A stretch of 64,000 nt of DNA from Trichoplax sp. H2. Its lineage: Eukaryota. Shown in pieces: positions 37,388 to 51,780 of the stretch. The stretch is taken from NCBI GenBank assembly GCA_003344405.1, contig NOWV01000106.1, positions 124,001-188,000 of the forward strand, written 5' to 3'. Both the position numbers and the translations under genes were made by a program. The first letter of the stretch is position 1; each line of letters begins with the position of its first letter. The notes beneath the pieces are model-generated. The model had not been told where the DNA came from. It did not search any database and saw only the letters and a list, made by a program, of their open reading frames with translations.

Positions 37388-40300
37388 ATGAGTAGCCTAG
37401 ACGTTGATCCTGACACGTTATTGGAATGGCTCAACTCTGGCCATGGTGACCAGAGAGACATGCAATTAATTGCTTTAGAACAGCTATGCATGTTGTTGCT
37501 TATGTCAGATAATATTGATCGATGCTTCGAAAGGTAAGCTATTTCCTATTAAATCAAGGAACGTAAATTTTTCAGCTAGAACGAGGCATATCACTTCACT
37601 TCCTGCACATTATCTCGTAGTGATCGACATTAAAATTTATACTTTATGCGCTTTTATTCAATTTGCTGTACAGTACCATAAATTGCTATAATTAATGCTT
37701 CTCAATCTTAACGAACTTTCAATACCAAATTTTTTCGTAGTTGCCCTCCTCGAACATTCATCCCAGCGTTATGTAAAATATTTCTTGATGAATGTGCTTC
37801 TGAATCTATCTTGGAAGTTACTGCTCGAGCAATAACCTACTACTTAGATGTTTCTGCTGAATGCACCAGACGTGTTGTAAGTGTAGAAGGCGCTATTAAA
37901 GCAATATGTAACAGATTAATTATCTGTGGAGATCTGCAAGAATCTAAGTTGGCTAAAGATCTAGCAGAGCAATGTGTTAAGGTTAGTATTGTTATCCCGT
38001 AATTGCAAATAAGTTTCCCCTAGTTAGCTTCGTTGCTTGTATAGTAAGTAATTATAATATTTAAAAATAATCAAGACCGCTCATTTTCCTTCTATTTTTC
38101 CCGTATGCATGCTATACGTTGCATATCTCGCACCGTGAATAGGTCTTAGAATTCCTTTCCTCGCGAGAATCAATTGCTATATACGAAGATGGTGGATTAT
38201 TTTGCATGCTTTCGTTTATTCGGATTAATGGAGCGGTCATTCATCGCGATACACTACATTCTGCAATGCAGGTTGTATCACGTCTTTGTAGTAAAATAGA
38301 ACCGCAAGATTCCATGTTAGAAAATTGTGTCGAATCTTTATCAAATTTACTGCAACACGATGATCATTATGTACGTAATATAGAGTTAAATAGCATCTAC
38401 AATCACTTACACCAGTAATTGAAGTCAAAGATTAATGCCACAATATTACTAAACTTCTCTACAGGTTGCTGATGGTGCGCTGAGATGCTTCGTTTCGCTA
38501 TCAGACCGTTTTACGCGTCGAAATGTTGACCCTGCTCCTTTAATTTCCCATGGTTTAATAGATTTATTACTGGAATCCCTTATGCAAGCAGCATCAAACA
38601 ATACGTCTAATAATAATAGCAGCCTAATAGCTAATACTGCAAATTCGTCATCATTTGTTTCATCCGATACTAATAAACCCAATCGAATTGGAACGATATC
38701 AACTATCATTGGCTTATTTTCAGCTATGTGCAGGAGTTCCAACTCTGTTACACATGTATGTACAGTACATCAAATTTTCGATTCTTCGTGATCTAAATAA
38801 CTTATTCTTTTTTACTTGTAGCAATTATTGAGATCAAATTTACTTGAGGCTATCGAAGATGTTCTCATTGGTGAAGAAAGGTACATAATTGATGTACTGA
38901 ATTAATTACTGACATTATCTCATCATATGCTATGTTTTCTTATATAGAAACGTATTGGATTGTCTCAGATTCATGGATTTGCTGTTAGTGCTTATATTCG
39001 AGGGTCGCCGAGCTTTGGTGCGACCAAATACTGTTAGTAGATCTTATCAGTCATTACGAAAGAGTGATAATTCATCAGGACATGATAAAACACAAAGGCA
39101 ACTAATCGAATTCATACGAGGAAAAGATACAGAAGCACTCGTTGAAGCTATTGAGAATGGTAAGACGGAATCAGTTACTACAATACGTTAATTTCGTCGA
39201 TAATTTTGCAATTCAATTTACGTTTGGTCTTTTTGCTAGGATTGGACGTTAATTATATGGATGATGTTGGTCAGACATTGCTAAATTGGGCGTCTGCATT
39301 TGGAACCTTAGAGACGGTATCTTACCATATTCAAAGAGTTAACATATCTTCATAACATTAAATCAGTTTACCCTTGGACAAATTAATTTATACATAATCT
39401 AAATAGGTTGAATATTTATGTGAACGTGGAGCTGACGTTAATCGTGGACAAAGGTCTTCCTCGTTACATTATGCCGCTTGTTTTGGACGCCCTCTAGTAG
39501 GAAAAGTTAGTATTAGTCTTACTTAATGGTACTACAACTAATCGTTCACTTCTGCTAGAAAATTGATAAAGGAATTTTATATAGACTTTTCTCAAACTTT
39601 GTTAGTGTTCATTTAGTATGCAATTAATTAAATCGATTAAAAAAATTTACAGATTCTACTACACCATGGTGCTAATCCTGACCTAAGAGACGAAGATGGT
39701 AAAACGCCGATAGAAAAAGCGAGAGAGAGATCTGATGAGGGTCATAAGGAAATTGTACGAATATTACAATCACCAAGTAAGTTAAGCTTATTAATTAGCT
39801 AATTTCTTGCTGTATGAGCGATCATTTAAAATTAAATTATCCCTGGACATATTTGTATGTGCAGGTGAATGGATGACTGTAATAGAAACACAATCAACTC
39901 CAGAAATTGAAAACGATTCCAAATCTAATAAGGATGAAAACTGCGCAGCAGATACGAATAAATCCATAACTGACGAAGGTGTTGATGTTCACGATGATAT
40001 GAAAGGCGACCCAGAAATGGCACCTGTGTTTACTAAACGATTACTCTCTCTATTTGTTAAAACGTATCAGTCGACAATGACATATTCTATTAAAAAAGCT
40101 GTTCTTGTTGTAACACGAAAGCTGATTCACTATGCAACTCCTACTTTGTTAATGGATTTTTGTAACTCAACTGGTCAATCCTTTGTCACTGCAATCGTTG
40201 AAGTAATTGGCAATTCGCTCGAAAATCCTGATGATGAAGAAACCCAGCAAATTGCACTTCAAATAGCCCAGGACTTACTGAAAAAGGATCGTGAATCTTT

Positions 40301-43300
40301 CTTAAAGCAAATGTTAAGATTGGGTGTACTGAATATCATTTGTTCGCTAGTTGATCTCCCTGTTCAATCTACTAAGGAAGGAGATGCAGAAATTTGTGTG
40401 ACAGAACCAACGGAGCAACCTGAAACATCTGATGCTACACAAATATCTCAAGGCATTCCATATATATGGAAAGACTGGTGTTTTGCTTACCATCGCGACT
40501 GTTTATACGCATGGAACGATTTCTGTGCGCTAGAGTTGCCTAGTGGTAGTAATGGTTGGTTTAGATTTGTTTGGGATGGTAAATTGGCGACAATGTACTC
40601 TAGTGGTAGTCCAGAAAGCGGTCCAGAATCGCCTGAAAGTCGAACTGATTTTCTTGATAAAATTGAACAAGCCCGGAGTCATATTGCATCTGGATCAAAA
40701 AGCATTCCAATATTATCCAAAACAAGTGACGCAAAAATTGAATTTGGCAATTGGTTATTATCGAGCCCTGCAGACGGCCAACTGCACATTCGTAGCGATG
40801 GACAACAGCAACTTACTGTACTCCGTGAGAATTATCCAGGATTCATATTTGAATCAAATCGTGGAACTAAACATTCGTTTACAGCGGAAACAACCTTAGG
40901 ACCTAAATATGCGGGCGGCTGGAACGGTGAAGGTGCTAAAAGATTTTTAGTCAAGCATGAAGCAATGAAGCAGAAAATTAAAACTTTAGCTAGCGAAATT
41001 CGAGCAACGTACTTTGATAACGTTGAAATAGGACACGACGATGTTTTGACTGAACTAAGAAAAGTAGCAGATAGATTAAGTGATGCCTGCCTAGAAATTG
41101 AGAATTCTGCAGATAACGATGAGCTACAATTAAATTTAAAGAAAATGGAATCCGTCTTACCAACTCTTGTTTCTTATTTTAAAGATGAGAAAACAATCTC
41201 TACATATGAATTACAAAGCAGCGGTTTGGTTACTTCTTTATTATCATATTTTAACAGCTACGCTGACGGACACAGAAAGAACACCGCCGTTGGCTGTTCT
41301 TATGTTACGAATAGTCTAAAATCCTTTATTCAGGCGTTTGGTAACTATGAATGTTGCGACAACAAACTAAGCTGTAGACCGGCAGTAAACTTAGTTCGCA
41401 AACTTGTATCAGTCACGGAATCGGTAGATCGATCGCCATTATTCTTATATGAAAATTCTTTTTCAAGTAATGGTTTACAAATTTTAACACGTAAAATGCG
41501 TATTCACCTAATAAGACATCCTGAAAGTACAGATTTAATTGATAGAACTGGAAAAACTTTGAAAGTGGAACCGTTAACAACTATTGGAGTTATATCTAAA
41601 TTTTTACATAAAATGGTTGCTAAGCAATGGTATGATTTCGAACGGTCTACATTTAAATTTGTAATTCAGGCTAAAGATAATGGCATAAAGGAATTTAATT
41701 ATGTGCGCGATTTCGATGAAAACGGTATCCTATATTGGATTGGAACAAATGGGAAAACTGTATCTGAGTGGGTAAACCCAGCACAATTTAACCTTGTTTC
41801 GATTACTTCGTCGGAAGGTCGCGGTCTACCATACGGAAAACTGGAAGACATTATAAATCACGACGGACCAGCAACTAATTGTCATACCAGCGACGATAAA
41901 GGTGCTTGGTTTGCTATTGATCTTGGTGTGTGGTTTATACCTAAGTATTATACGCTACGGCATTCCAGAGGGTACGGTAGATCAGCCTTACGAAATTGGC
42001 TTTTTCAAGTCTCCACTGACGGAGTAAACTGGATTACAATAAAAACTCACACTAATGATTCCTCTTTGAAAGAACCTGGATCCACGGCATCTTGGATTTT
42101 AAGTCCACCAACAGATAGCGGTAGTTGGCGTTATATTAGAATCCTCCAAAATGGTAAGAACGCAAGTGGTCAAACCCATTATCTTTCCTTATCAGGCTTC
42201 GAATTGTATGGTTCTGTCACCGACGTTGTCACTGAATCACAATTTGGTAAGGCAATAAAAGAAACTGAAAGTGCCTTAAAACGTCAACGTAAGCTTGTTC
42301 AACAAAATTTATCGAAAATTGATATTGGTGTAAAAGTAACACGGGGATTAGACTGGCAATGGAATAATCAAGACGGAAACCCTCCTGGAATTGGAATCGT
42401 CACAAGTAAACTTCGTAATGGTTGGATAGATGTGAAGTGGTGCCATGGTGGTTCTTATACTTATCGGATGGGTGCACAAGGAAAATATGATCTAAATATA
42501 GAAACCAGTGATAAAGCAGAAAATCCTGAAGATGACCTATCCGTTGGTAATTTTGAGAGTGCGATGGACGACCCAACGACGGTAAATATGGAAAGTGCCA
42601 GCACTGTGAAAGATACGGAGGTAGTAGAGGAGATGGATGATGAAAATGTTAGTAAGACGGTTGAAACATCATACTCACCCGAGGAGTGTAGTACTGATAG
42701 CGATTCAAATGCTAAAATCACAAAAAGTACTAGCAGATTATCAACACATGGCAAATTTACATCAACTTTGGTTGTTCGAATGAATTCGTCTCCAAAGGTA
42801 GTAAATTACCCAGATTCATCTACCAAAATATCAGCAGAAATCCAAGAAGTTCCTGAAATAGGACGATGTGGAAAAACTTCTCCTATTCTTGCTATGATGA
42901 AAGAGTTATCAGAAAACATTTCGAGAAATGACAATGAAATCAATAATTTGCATAATCCTTTAGAATCGGAGACGGAGAATGAAAGTGATACTGATATCGA
43001 CAATTGCCAAAATTCAACGTTATTAGCTGAAATGCAAGATGATGACATCCATGCTGTAGATGACGAGAATGAAGATGAATTTGAGGATGATGAAAGACAA
43101 GATAACAACATAGAAGACAGCGGAAGAAATTGGGACGATGACCATATATTAAAACATCAATTTGACGCATTGATACCTGCTTTCGATCCTCGCCCAGGAC
43201 GTATAAATATACCTCAGACTACTGATGTAACTGTACCTCCTCCCAATTTCATAATGAATACTAGATCAGAAAGTGAAGGCTTGGGTGAACGATTATCGCT

Positions 43301-45669
43301 GTACTTACGATGTACTTCGATACCTGAAATTGATAAGATCGAAGTAGAATTAGATGATTCTGAAGCGACAATATTTACATATATACAAAAAATTATTGAG
43401 ACCATCGATAAACCATTTAAATATGAGCAACTTAGAAGAATTTTCGATGCTTCTTTCGTAATATCATACAAGCTAACTACAACATCCGCGAACCAACTAA
43501 ATAAGCCAAAAAAGACTAATTCGGATTTATACGACTACACCATTAATAACCTTTCGCTTATTCGTGTTTTATACTCTATTTTTAATAATGCTCTTGATGA
43601 CGAAGAAAGAAACTTGAACAACGAAGTGTATGTACCAGCCGAAGAATTTATTAGTAAAAAACTAACAACCAAATTGCAACAGCAGTTACAAGATCCAGTT
43701 ACAGTTGGCTGCTGTTCTGTACCTCAATGGTGTAATCTTTTAATTTCTCGATGTCCTATGCTCTTTCCGTTTGAATGTCGTGAACTTGTATTTAATTTTA
43801 CTTCATTTGGTGTTCCACGAGCAGTTGATTTACTACAAACTAGGCTGGATTCTAGGAGTTTACAATCGCGAAGTAGTAGTTCGAGACCGTACGATATCCA
43901 AGACTGTCACATTGCTCGTCTAAAGCATGAACGCATTACGGTACCTCGTGGAGAGGAATTATTAGATTGCGCTATTAATGTTATGAAATTTCATGCTAAG
44001 CGAAAAGCTATCCTAGAAGTAGAATTTGTAGGTGAAGAAGGTACAGGTTTAGGTCCAACTTTAGAATTTTATGCTCTTGTTTCTGCAATTCTTCAGAAAA
44101 AATGCTTGGGCATCTGGTTGTGTAACGATGCTGTTACAGAGTTAGAAAGAGAAGTTGATATTGGCCATGGTTTACAAACTTCAGGATATTACGTGCAACA
44201 GCCATTTGGTCTATTCCCGTCACCTTTACCGCAATCCTCTACACGTACCGATCGGGTTGTAGAACTTTTTCACTTTTTAGGCACTTTTCTTGCAAAATGT
44301 ATACAAGATAACCGATTAGTTGACTTGCCTTTGTCAACACAATTTTTTAAATTGATGTGCTTTTCAAGTATACGCGACAAAAATAATGATAACGGTAGCG
44401 TAAGTGATAACAGTCCCGGTAAAAGTCTTGATAATAAAACTTGGTTCGATGGAATATTATCGTTTAAAGACCTAGAAATTATCGACCCTCATAGGGCTAA
44501 ATTTTTAAGGAATTTAAAAGAGTTAGTCGATAGGAAGCATGAAATTCTAAATAGTTCATTATCTGACAAGGAGAAAAATGACAAGTTATCATCATTGACT
44601 TTATCTTCGTCTGACGATTCGCAAAGCGACATTAAATTAGAAGATCTATGGTAACTTATTGTTTGATTTTGTAAATATATCTACGAATACAATCTTATGC
44701 AAATCAAAATTTTTTTTGTAGCTTAACATTTCAATATTCACCATCATCAATTATTTATGGTTACGAGACTGTTGATCTTATTGCAAATGGAGGAGAAAAA
44801 GTTTGTCACATTGTAGAGATAATGCAATAATTTAATGTCTATGCACGGATTCGATCCTAACTTCTTCGAAACTGTTTATTATGATAGATACTTACTGTTG
44901 AAAATGTAGAAGAGTATGTCGATTTGATGTACAATTTCTGCTTCCGTGACGGTATCCAGAGACAAATAGACGCCTTCAAAGGTACGATCATCTGCTTATT
45001 AGTCACCTAAAACACACAGTCATGCCCACTGTTCATTATAATTATATGAATTGTTATTATCTATATGTTACTATGATAGAGGGTTTTGATTTGGTCTTTC
45101 CAATGGAAAGTTTAGCCTTATTTACTCCAGAAGAAGCAAGAAATATCTTGTGCGGTGATCAAAGTCCACAATGGACCAAAGATGATTTGTTAAACTATAC
45201 TGAACCGAAAAATGGTTATACTCGAGAAAGGTATAGCTCCTTACTCATTGTAGTTATCCCTTCTAATCTAGTTGAATCATAAATTATTAACGGGCGTTAT
45301 ATTTTTTAGTGCTGGCTATTTACGTTTCATAAATGTTGTTTCAAACTTTGATAACGATGAAAGAAAGGTGAGCTAAATAATATTCCTATAAAAAATATTA
45401 TCTGATCATCTAATAGTTACGATATTAAACACTTTTGCCCTTAGGCTTTTTTACAGTTTACCACTGGATGTTCATCACTTCCACCTGGTGGATTAAGAAA
45501 TTTACACCCTCACCTTACTGTGGTTAAAAAAGAAATGGAATCGAATGGTACCCACCCCTCAGTTAACACGTGCGTTCACTATTTAAAATTACCGGATTAT
45601 GCATCAGAAGATATTCTTAGAGACCGTTTATTGGCAGCGACAAAAGAAAAGGGATTTCATCTTAACTAA
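37388..45669 (+). CDS. HECTD1: E3 ubiquitin ligase HECTD1 (ARM-like N-terminus, ankyrin repeats, SUN-like domain, MIB/HERC2 domain, HECT), about 15 coding exons including a 4786-bp exon (39865-44650)
   Basis: [36 protein letters not shown]; ankyrin [13 protein letters not shown] and [53 protein letters not shown]-terminal [15 protein letters not shown]...GFHLN* (catalytic Cys); TAA at 45667-45669. Confidence 0.97.
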
Positions 45670-47319
45670 ATTTTATCTGTATAGTTTATTAATCTAATTA
45701 CCGATATATGAGGTGTTTACAGCATCATGTATTTAAATTTTTGATATCATTTTATGATTCTTACTAACAGTTATTTAATTACTAGTAAGAAAATTGATGC
45801 CAGTCGTTGTAGTAGTATCTTATGTATTTTAACGGAAGTCATTTTGTATAATATCATTTAATCTGCTCATTATACATTGATAAGATATCGCAGATCCGCA
45901 CGTTAAACTCTGCGATTTAGTTAATGTATCGCTGGTATAGTGGCTGCAACTAAATGTACAAATAAGAACAGAAAACTCGTACAAACGTTAAGTGAATCCA
46001 GATTATATTTATAAAGGAAGTACTAGTAATGTTAAAGAGCTAATTGATGTAGATACGTCCTAATTTGTTGTAATCCCAACTTACTACCAATAAAGCGTAC
46101 GCAATATGTTTACGACTAAGTGCATATATGCGATATACTGTCTGTACGTGTATATGTACGCATACTGTATGTGTAACATATATATTAAATTATACATTGT
46201 AACTAGTAGAATATACAGTATTTACACTAAAAGGGAATACGTACACGCATGGTTAGTATGTGTAATGACCCATACATAGTTATCCGATACTCAGTCATAG
46301 TTTGGGAAATTCATTAAATTATAACATTCATTATATTTATTTCTTGGAGGGTAGTAGTAGGTGCTTACGCTACGTTAGGTATGATTTAGAGGCTACAAAA
46401 TCTAGCTCTTCAATTAAGTAAGTCTCAGAAATCACGGTATAGCTATTAACATGAAGCGGTGCTGATCATAATTATTTCACCGTAGCAAAGTTATCACCCT
46501 TAAAGGTTAAAAGCGAATGCATTAAACTAATCTTGAATTCGTTTTTATATTAATTTTAGGGTGCTGTAATGTATTTAGTATTAAATGATTGACTAGACTC
46601 GACTAATGAATGAAATTTGAAACTTTTAACGATTCATGGTACGTATGTCACTACTTCTAGTCGATCAAATGTTGATTAATTGATTTCAATGTAGACCCTA
46701 CCATAGTAAAATAATTGCTACCGTCCAGTTTACAATAAAATATGGATAGTATTCCACTGGAAAGGGAGAGCAGATTGAAATAGGAAGTACAGCGTAGTGT
46801 TTAGTGCACTGTAGTTATACACTATCATCTGACTACTGATGCATATCTTTACGCACCATACTGTACACCACCACGATAGTGAAATCGTCTATAGTAATGA
46901 TGATTCGTAATACTGTAGTGCGTATCCTTATAGTGAGCTATACAGACTTGGTAAACTGGATTCAATATGCCGTAGGCCATAGTATCGCGATCTGGAGACA
47001 TTCGAGTGGTTGAGTATATAACAACTTCCAGGTTGTCACTGGAAGTAATATTTACAGCGGTACTGTACAAAAACTGCGTTGTTTAGTCTCTTGTTAGTCC
47101 CTCTAGGGTACAGCATACAGAATACGGTTACTATGGTGACAACATTCGTGAAAGGCTCAATCACCCTACTATACATTTATCAAGCAATTAATGTATCTAG
47201 AAAGGCATTAAACACCTGTTTTAAACTGATAATTTACTTAAATTGAACCATTAGCCAATTTCAGTCTTCAATCACTTCATATCCAGTGTCGTATAATATA
47301 TATTCTCAGATGAACAGAC

Positions 47320-50059
47320 ATGACGGAGGCACCAAGGAGTCTCGATACTGCTCAGTACATGGAAAATTTAAAAGAAAAAGAAGAATTAAAGAAGAAACTA
47401 GCTGAGAAGGAAAAGGAACTGGTCGAAGCATTAGTTAGAAGTTACGATTTACAAAAGAAATTGGATAAATTACAGGCGGTTAGTAAATATATTATAAATA
47501 TGTTTCCGTCCAGAATGTAAATAAAAACTCATTTAAAAATTGAATGAGTCACAGTTTTGTCCCAAGTTTTTACTTACTAACTTCCTGATATATTGATGAG
47601 ATTTTAAATTATTTTATAAAGTATCTGCTCCAGTATTTTCGTACAAGCCGAGTTTCTTTACTAAGGGTTACAGCGATTGATGAATTATAAACATTAACCT
47701 TCAATTATCATGCGTAGTTCATCCATTATACTTTAAGCCTATATTTAATATTTAAATAATCCTATAGTAATAAATTTTGAGTTACAATGCCACCAATATC
47801 CTTAAAAAGCCATATTTGTGTTCAGTGTATGCTATCGTCATGACTATCGCAAATTAAAGTATGAAGATAAGTATACATACATATTATTAGCGTCAAACAC
47901 GTTAATGTTGAAATTCCCTATTTTGAATACTGAAATTCACGAAGCCTAAATTTTAATTATGAAACTGATGTATTCTAATTAAAATACAACACACATAAGA
48001 TTGCTTAGCAAATTATATTGAAAATTTCATGCGAAGCAGTATTCCATACCGTATGACATAAAAATTGTAACTGGTCTAAACATTCAATGCATAGATCAAA
48101 CGTGCTACCAATGATTTATAAGACCAATGTTTCGTTCGGTGAGACGTTAATATATTACTTGAATCATTGATTGTAGGATAAAAAATCAGCTCCTAAACTC
48201 ACTTCAAAGCCGCCCAAAAGAAGAGCTGGGAAGAAAAAGAAAGGTAAAAAAGACGGCAAGGAAGATAAAACAGAGGATATTTCATGGACTACGGAAAAAT
48301 TTTATGAGGTAATCACTGTTATATACGGTATATCCTACAATCTAGGGATATAATTAGCGTATGCCATCTAAATTAAAGATCAGGGAATTTAGTATGCATT
48401 TTAATTAATCATAAATTCGTTACAGACTAATAAATCAAACTATCACTATAATAAAAAATAGTTACAGCTTCAAACATAAAATTACCATTCTTTTTTGCAT
48501 GCTAACCGAACATCATAACATGTATACGCCATGGCAAAAATATAAAATTTATAGTCTAGCTGTTTATTACGTATCTGCAACCATCTGCTGTAGTTACTAT
48601 ATCAAACATACTTACGGTAGTATACGAAGTTAAAGCGAATAGCTATAAATTGAAATATATCTAAAGAAATTGATAGACATACGTGTACTGCAGCATTAGT
48701 TAATAAGCACCATACTATTACTTTAGAGTAAGGAAATTTATTATTAAATGATCCCTTAGCATTGTTTAAAAATCCAGATTCTGAGAATGTACGGCAGATT
48801 ATAATTACTATACGCATAAGCTTTGAACTTCTTCATTTATTGTAATTTAGGAAGTGGCAGAAAAATTTCCCGAAATGACTTTGTCAACCCTCTTAGCAGC
48901 TGAAAAGAAATTCATGGAAGCTGATAAAGACGGAAATGGGGTAAGCTGAAATGTTTATAAAATTACAAACACTAGAAAGCTATCATAGTACTTCTAAAGT
49001 TAAGCGGCGCTTAAAATTTTTCTGCAAGCTAATTAGTACAATTGGACAAGCAGGTAGCTATCTAAATTGCAATTAGAATCTTATTCATGCGATAGAAATC
49101 AAGATAGCTTTCGTACATTTGATGATAATGATCAAGCTGTACTACATGTAGTAGTTGTAATGGTCAAATATTCTTATACAATTTTGATTCTTGTACAATC
49201 CTGTTTACGTGAAATGTTGTAGTATGTACTTGTCATGAGTTTAGATGGATAAGCAGACATACCGTATATATTGCAATGCGAAGATATTACGAGCGAGTAC
49301 TATGAACAATTAGAATATGGTATTGGTGGAATAATCGACACGAGATTTAATGATATTTAATCTGCGAATAATAATATATAGATATTTATTAGAATTTAGG
49401 TCAATTTTATATAATTTAGACTATACGTGAGCGATTTCATTACACATGTATACCATGATGTGTATCATTTTAAGATGAGGCCCATGATAGTGTAAAAATA
49501 CCCAGAAAGTTCAATTCAACTAATCCTACATTAATACAAAGTAAAGAATCTGTACTACAAATTGTTTCAATTTTAGAAGTTCGAACTAATTGGAGTCTTA
49601 CACATGTACAATCAAATTAACTCCCTTCGAATTAAGATCAGTTGCAAATATATACATTTATTGCAAATTTTTGTATTTATAAAGGAAATTGATGAAAAAG
49701 AACTAGAAACAATTCTTCAACAAAGTAATTTGTTATTTACAAAATTCCAAATTATGGAAATTATTCAATCAATTGATGTTGATGAGTCTAGTACGTTAGA
49801 CTTCATGGAGTGTTTAGCGGTAAGAATATATTCTTCATATCTTCTATCTGTTAAGATTTCTTACTTATTCACGCTTTAAAATTGTACTCTTAATTCAATA
49901 AGAATTACCCTTTTAAATGATTACAATTATTAAATAGTTTTGATAGAAAATTATATCAAATTTTTTTTCCAGGTCATTCATGCATTGCAACAAAATCGGA
50001 AGACTGCTTTGCCCCAATCTATTCAACAAAATAAAAGTACAATATGCGTAATACAATAA
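47320..50059 (+). CDS. 200-aa protein: N-terminal coiled coil, polybasic stretch, two EF-hands, C-terminal CaaX (CVIQ); exons 47320-47478, 48177-48308, 48851-48940, 49685-49819, 49973-50059
   Basis: All phase-0 GT-AG introns. EF loops DKDGNGEIDEKE and DVDESSTLDFME; ends NKSTICVIQ*. Confidence 0.85.
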
Positions 50060-51780
50060 TATCTACGAACGAAATTTAGCGATAGATTTGCTTAAATCCA
50101 TCCTGAATATCATAACACTTACCTTTGACTTGATTGTAAACGTATAATGTCGATCTAAGATGTTAAGGGTTGGTTAGAACATCCTAAATTTACGTTCTAC
50201 GGTATACAATAACGCATGTATGGAGCGTATAATGAGCTTCTCTTAAGTAAGCGTACAAGACAACTGACTGACGAGTCAGTTTTTAAATTTGCAATTCACC
50301 TTTATATCATAATGCGATTCTTTCATTAACTTAACGAGGTATCTAAATGAAACATAATCGTTTTGTTGCTTAAAACGTTAAATCTACCTTTAATGATCAA
50401 AATCTACAGTAATGGATTACTCTACTATACAGTACATACATTGTCAAAAAGCTATTTTATCAAATATACTTATGTAACTTCTTAAGAAAATGCTTATTTC
50501 AGTCGGAGAAGATCGCTTATTTATGTATCTGGTTTTCAGCTTAATGTACTGTATATCATATTGTAATTATATTATTGATATTACAGTATTATGATACCTT
50601 AAGAATATGAAAATCTTGTATAACAAGCACGGCCAACTCAGGATGGAATTAAGTGCTTGGATTAGAATAGTGCTCCGACGTATTAGATAATAACTTTACC
50701 AGTTTAATTATCGTTAATCTTTTCTAAAAGGTGTTATAGAGTTGCTTGAAAAAAAGTACGGTGAGATAGACAATCGTACACTCAGACAGCGAGGTTTTAT
50801 ATATTTTTTGCAGACAAGAAAAGTTTATTAATGTAACTAAAATCATACTTTTGTTTATTATATATTCAGCATAGTAATTTCGCTGATGTTCTACATCATG
50901 ATAGGTTGAATAAAATTGCAAATTGTTAAAAAATTTCGTATTAAACCGATTAGTCAACCTGATACATAAACTTAATGTCAAACAATGACGTGTAACCTGC
51001 TGTTTATTGATCATTCGAGGGAAGACTACATCTGGAAATTTTATATCAAATCCATATCAATTAATGTTTGGCAATAACATCACGCCACACTTTACACATT
51101 CAGTAGCATATTTTTAAATTGTTTTTACTAATTTTTTTCGATCGCAGTAGCAAGGTACTTCTTTCGCTAAAAACTTTCATTATATGCTATACTACAGATT
51201 TCTTTCCTAAACATGCGATATATTACCCATTACGGTGAAAACTTTTAATATTGAACTTTGAAGTAAAGTCTATTCGGTGTTTTAACAAGTTGAGAAAGAT
51301 GAAAAGACTTTACTATTATATTTATATTGAGTATTGTTATCTTATGCAATCATCATTATATACTATATTAGAAAAAATGATGTTATACAAAGATATCATA
51401 GCAATTCTTTAAGTTACAAGTTTGAACGATAAAGTTCGAAAGACACGGACGTTTATGCGTACATCGAAATTTTTTGAATGCTTTATGCCATATCTGTTTA
51501 GATATATTGATTATCATGTGTTTTAAATCGAGTGAGATTAAATATTGTATCGGTTACATGTTAAGATCCAAAATTTGCAAAGGAGAAAAAATGGATTGTG
51601 ATAATCGAGTATATCTAGGTCTTAAAAATTTAAAAACCAGTCTTAAGAAATAATTCATTGGAGTACAGATTCTGTTTGAGTACATCACAGACGCGCTTTT
51701 AATAACTTATAAATAAATGGTTTCTCTTTCGCTGCACATACTGTACGTATATCTAAGATTTACTACTTAAGTGCCGCATT

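Noticed and set aside
40543-43471. Alternative-frame and antisense ORFs inside the large HECTD1 exon
   Set aside because: Shadow ORFs of a long coding exon with no independent motifs or splice support.
49420-49426. Possible 7-nt micro-exon (AG|ACTATAC|GTGAG) in the EF-hand gene
   Set aside because: Direct splicing 48940->49685 already yields a canonical 12-residue EF loop; inclusion would frameshift.
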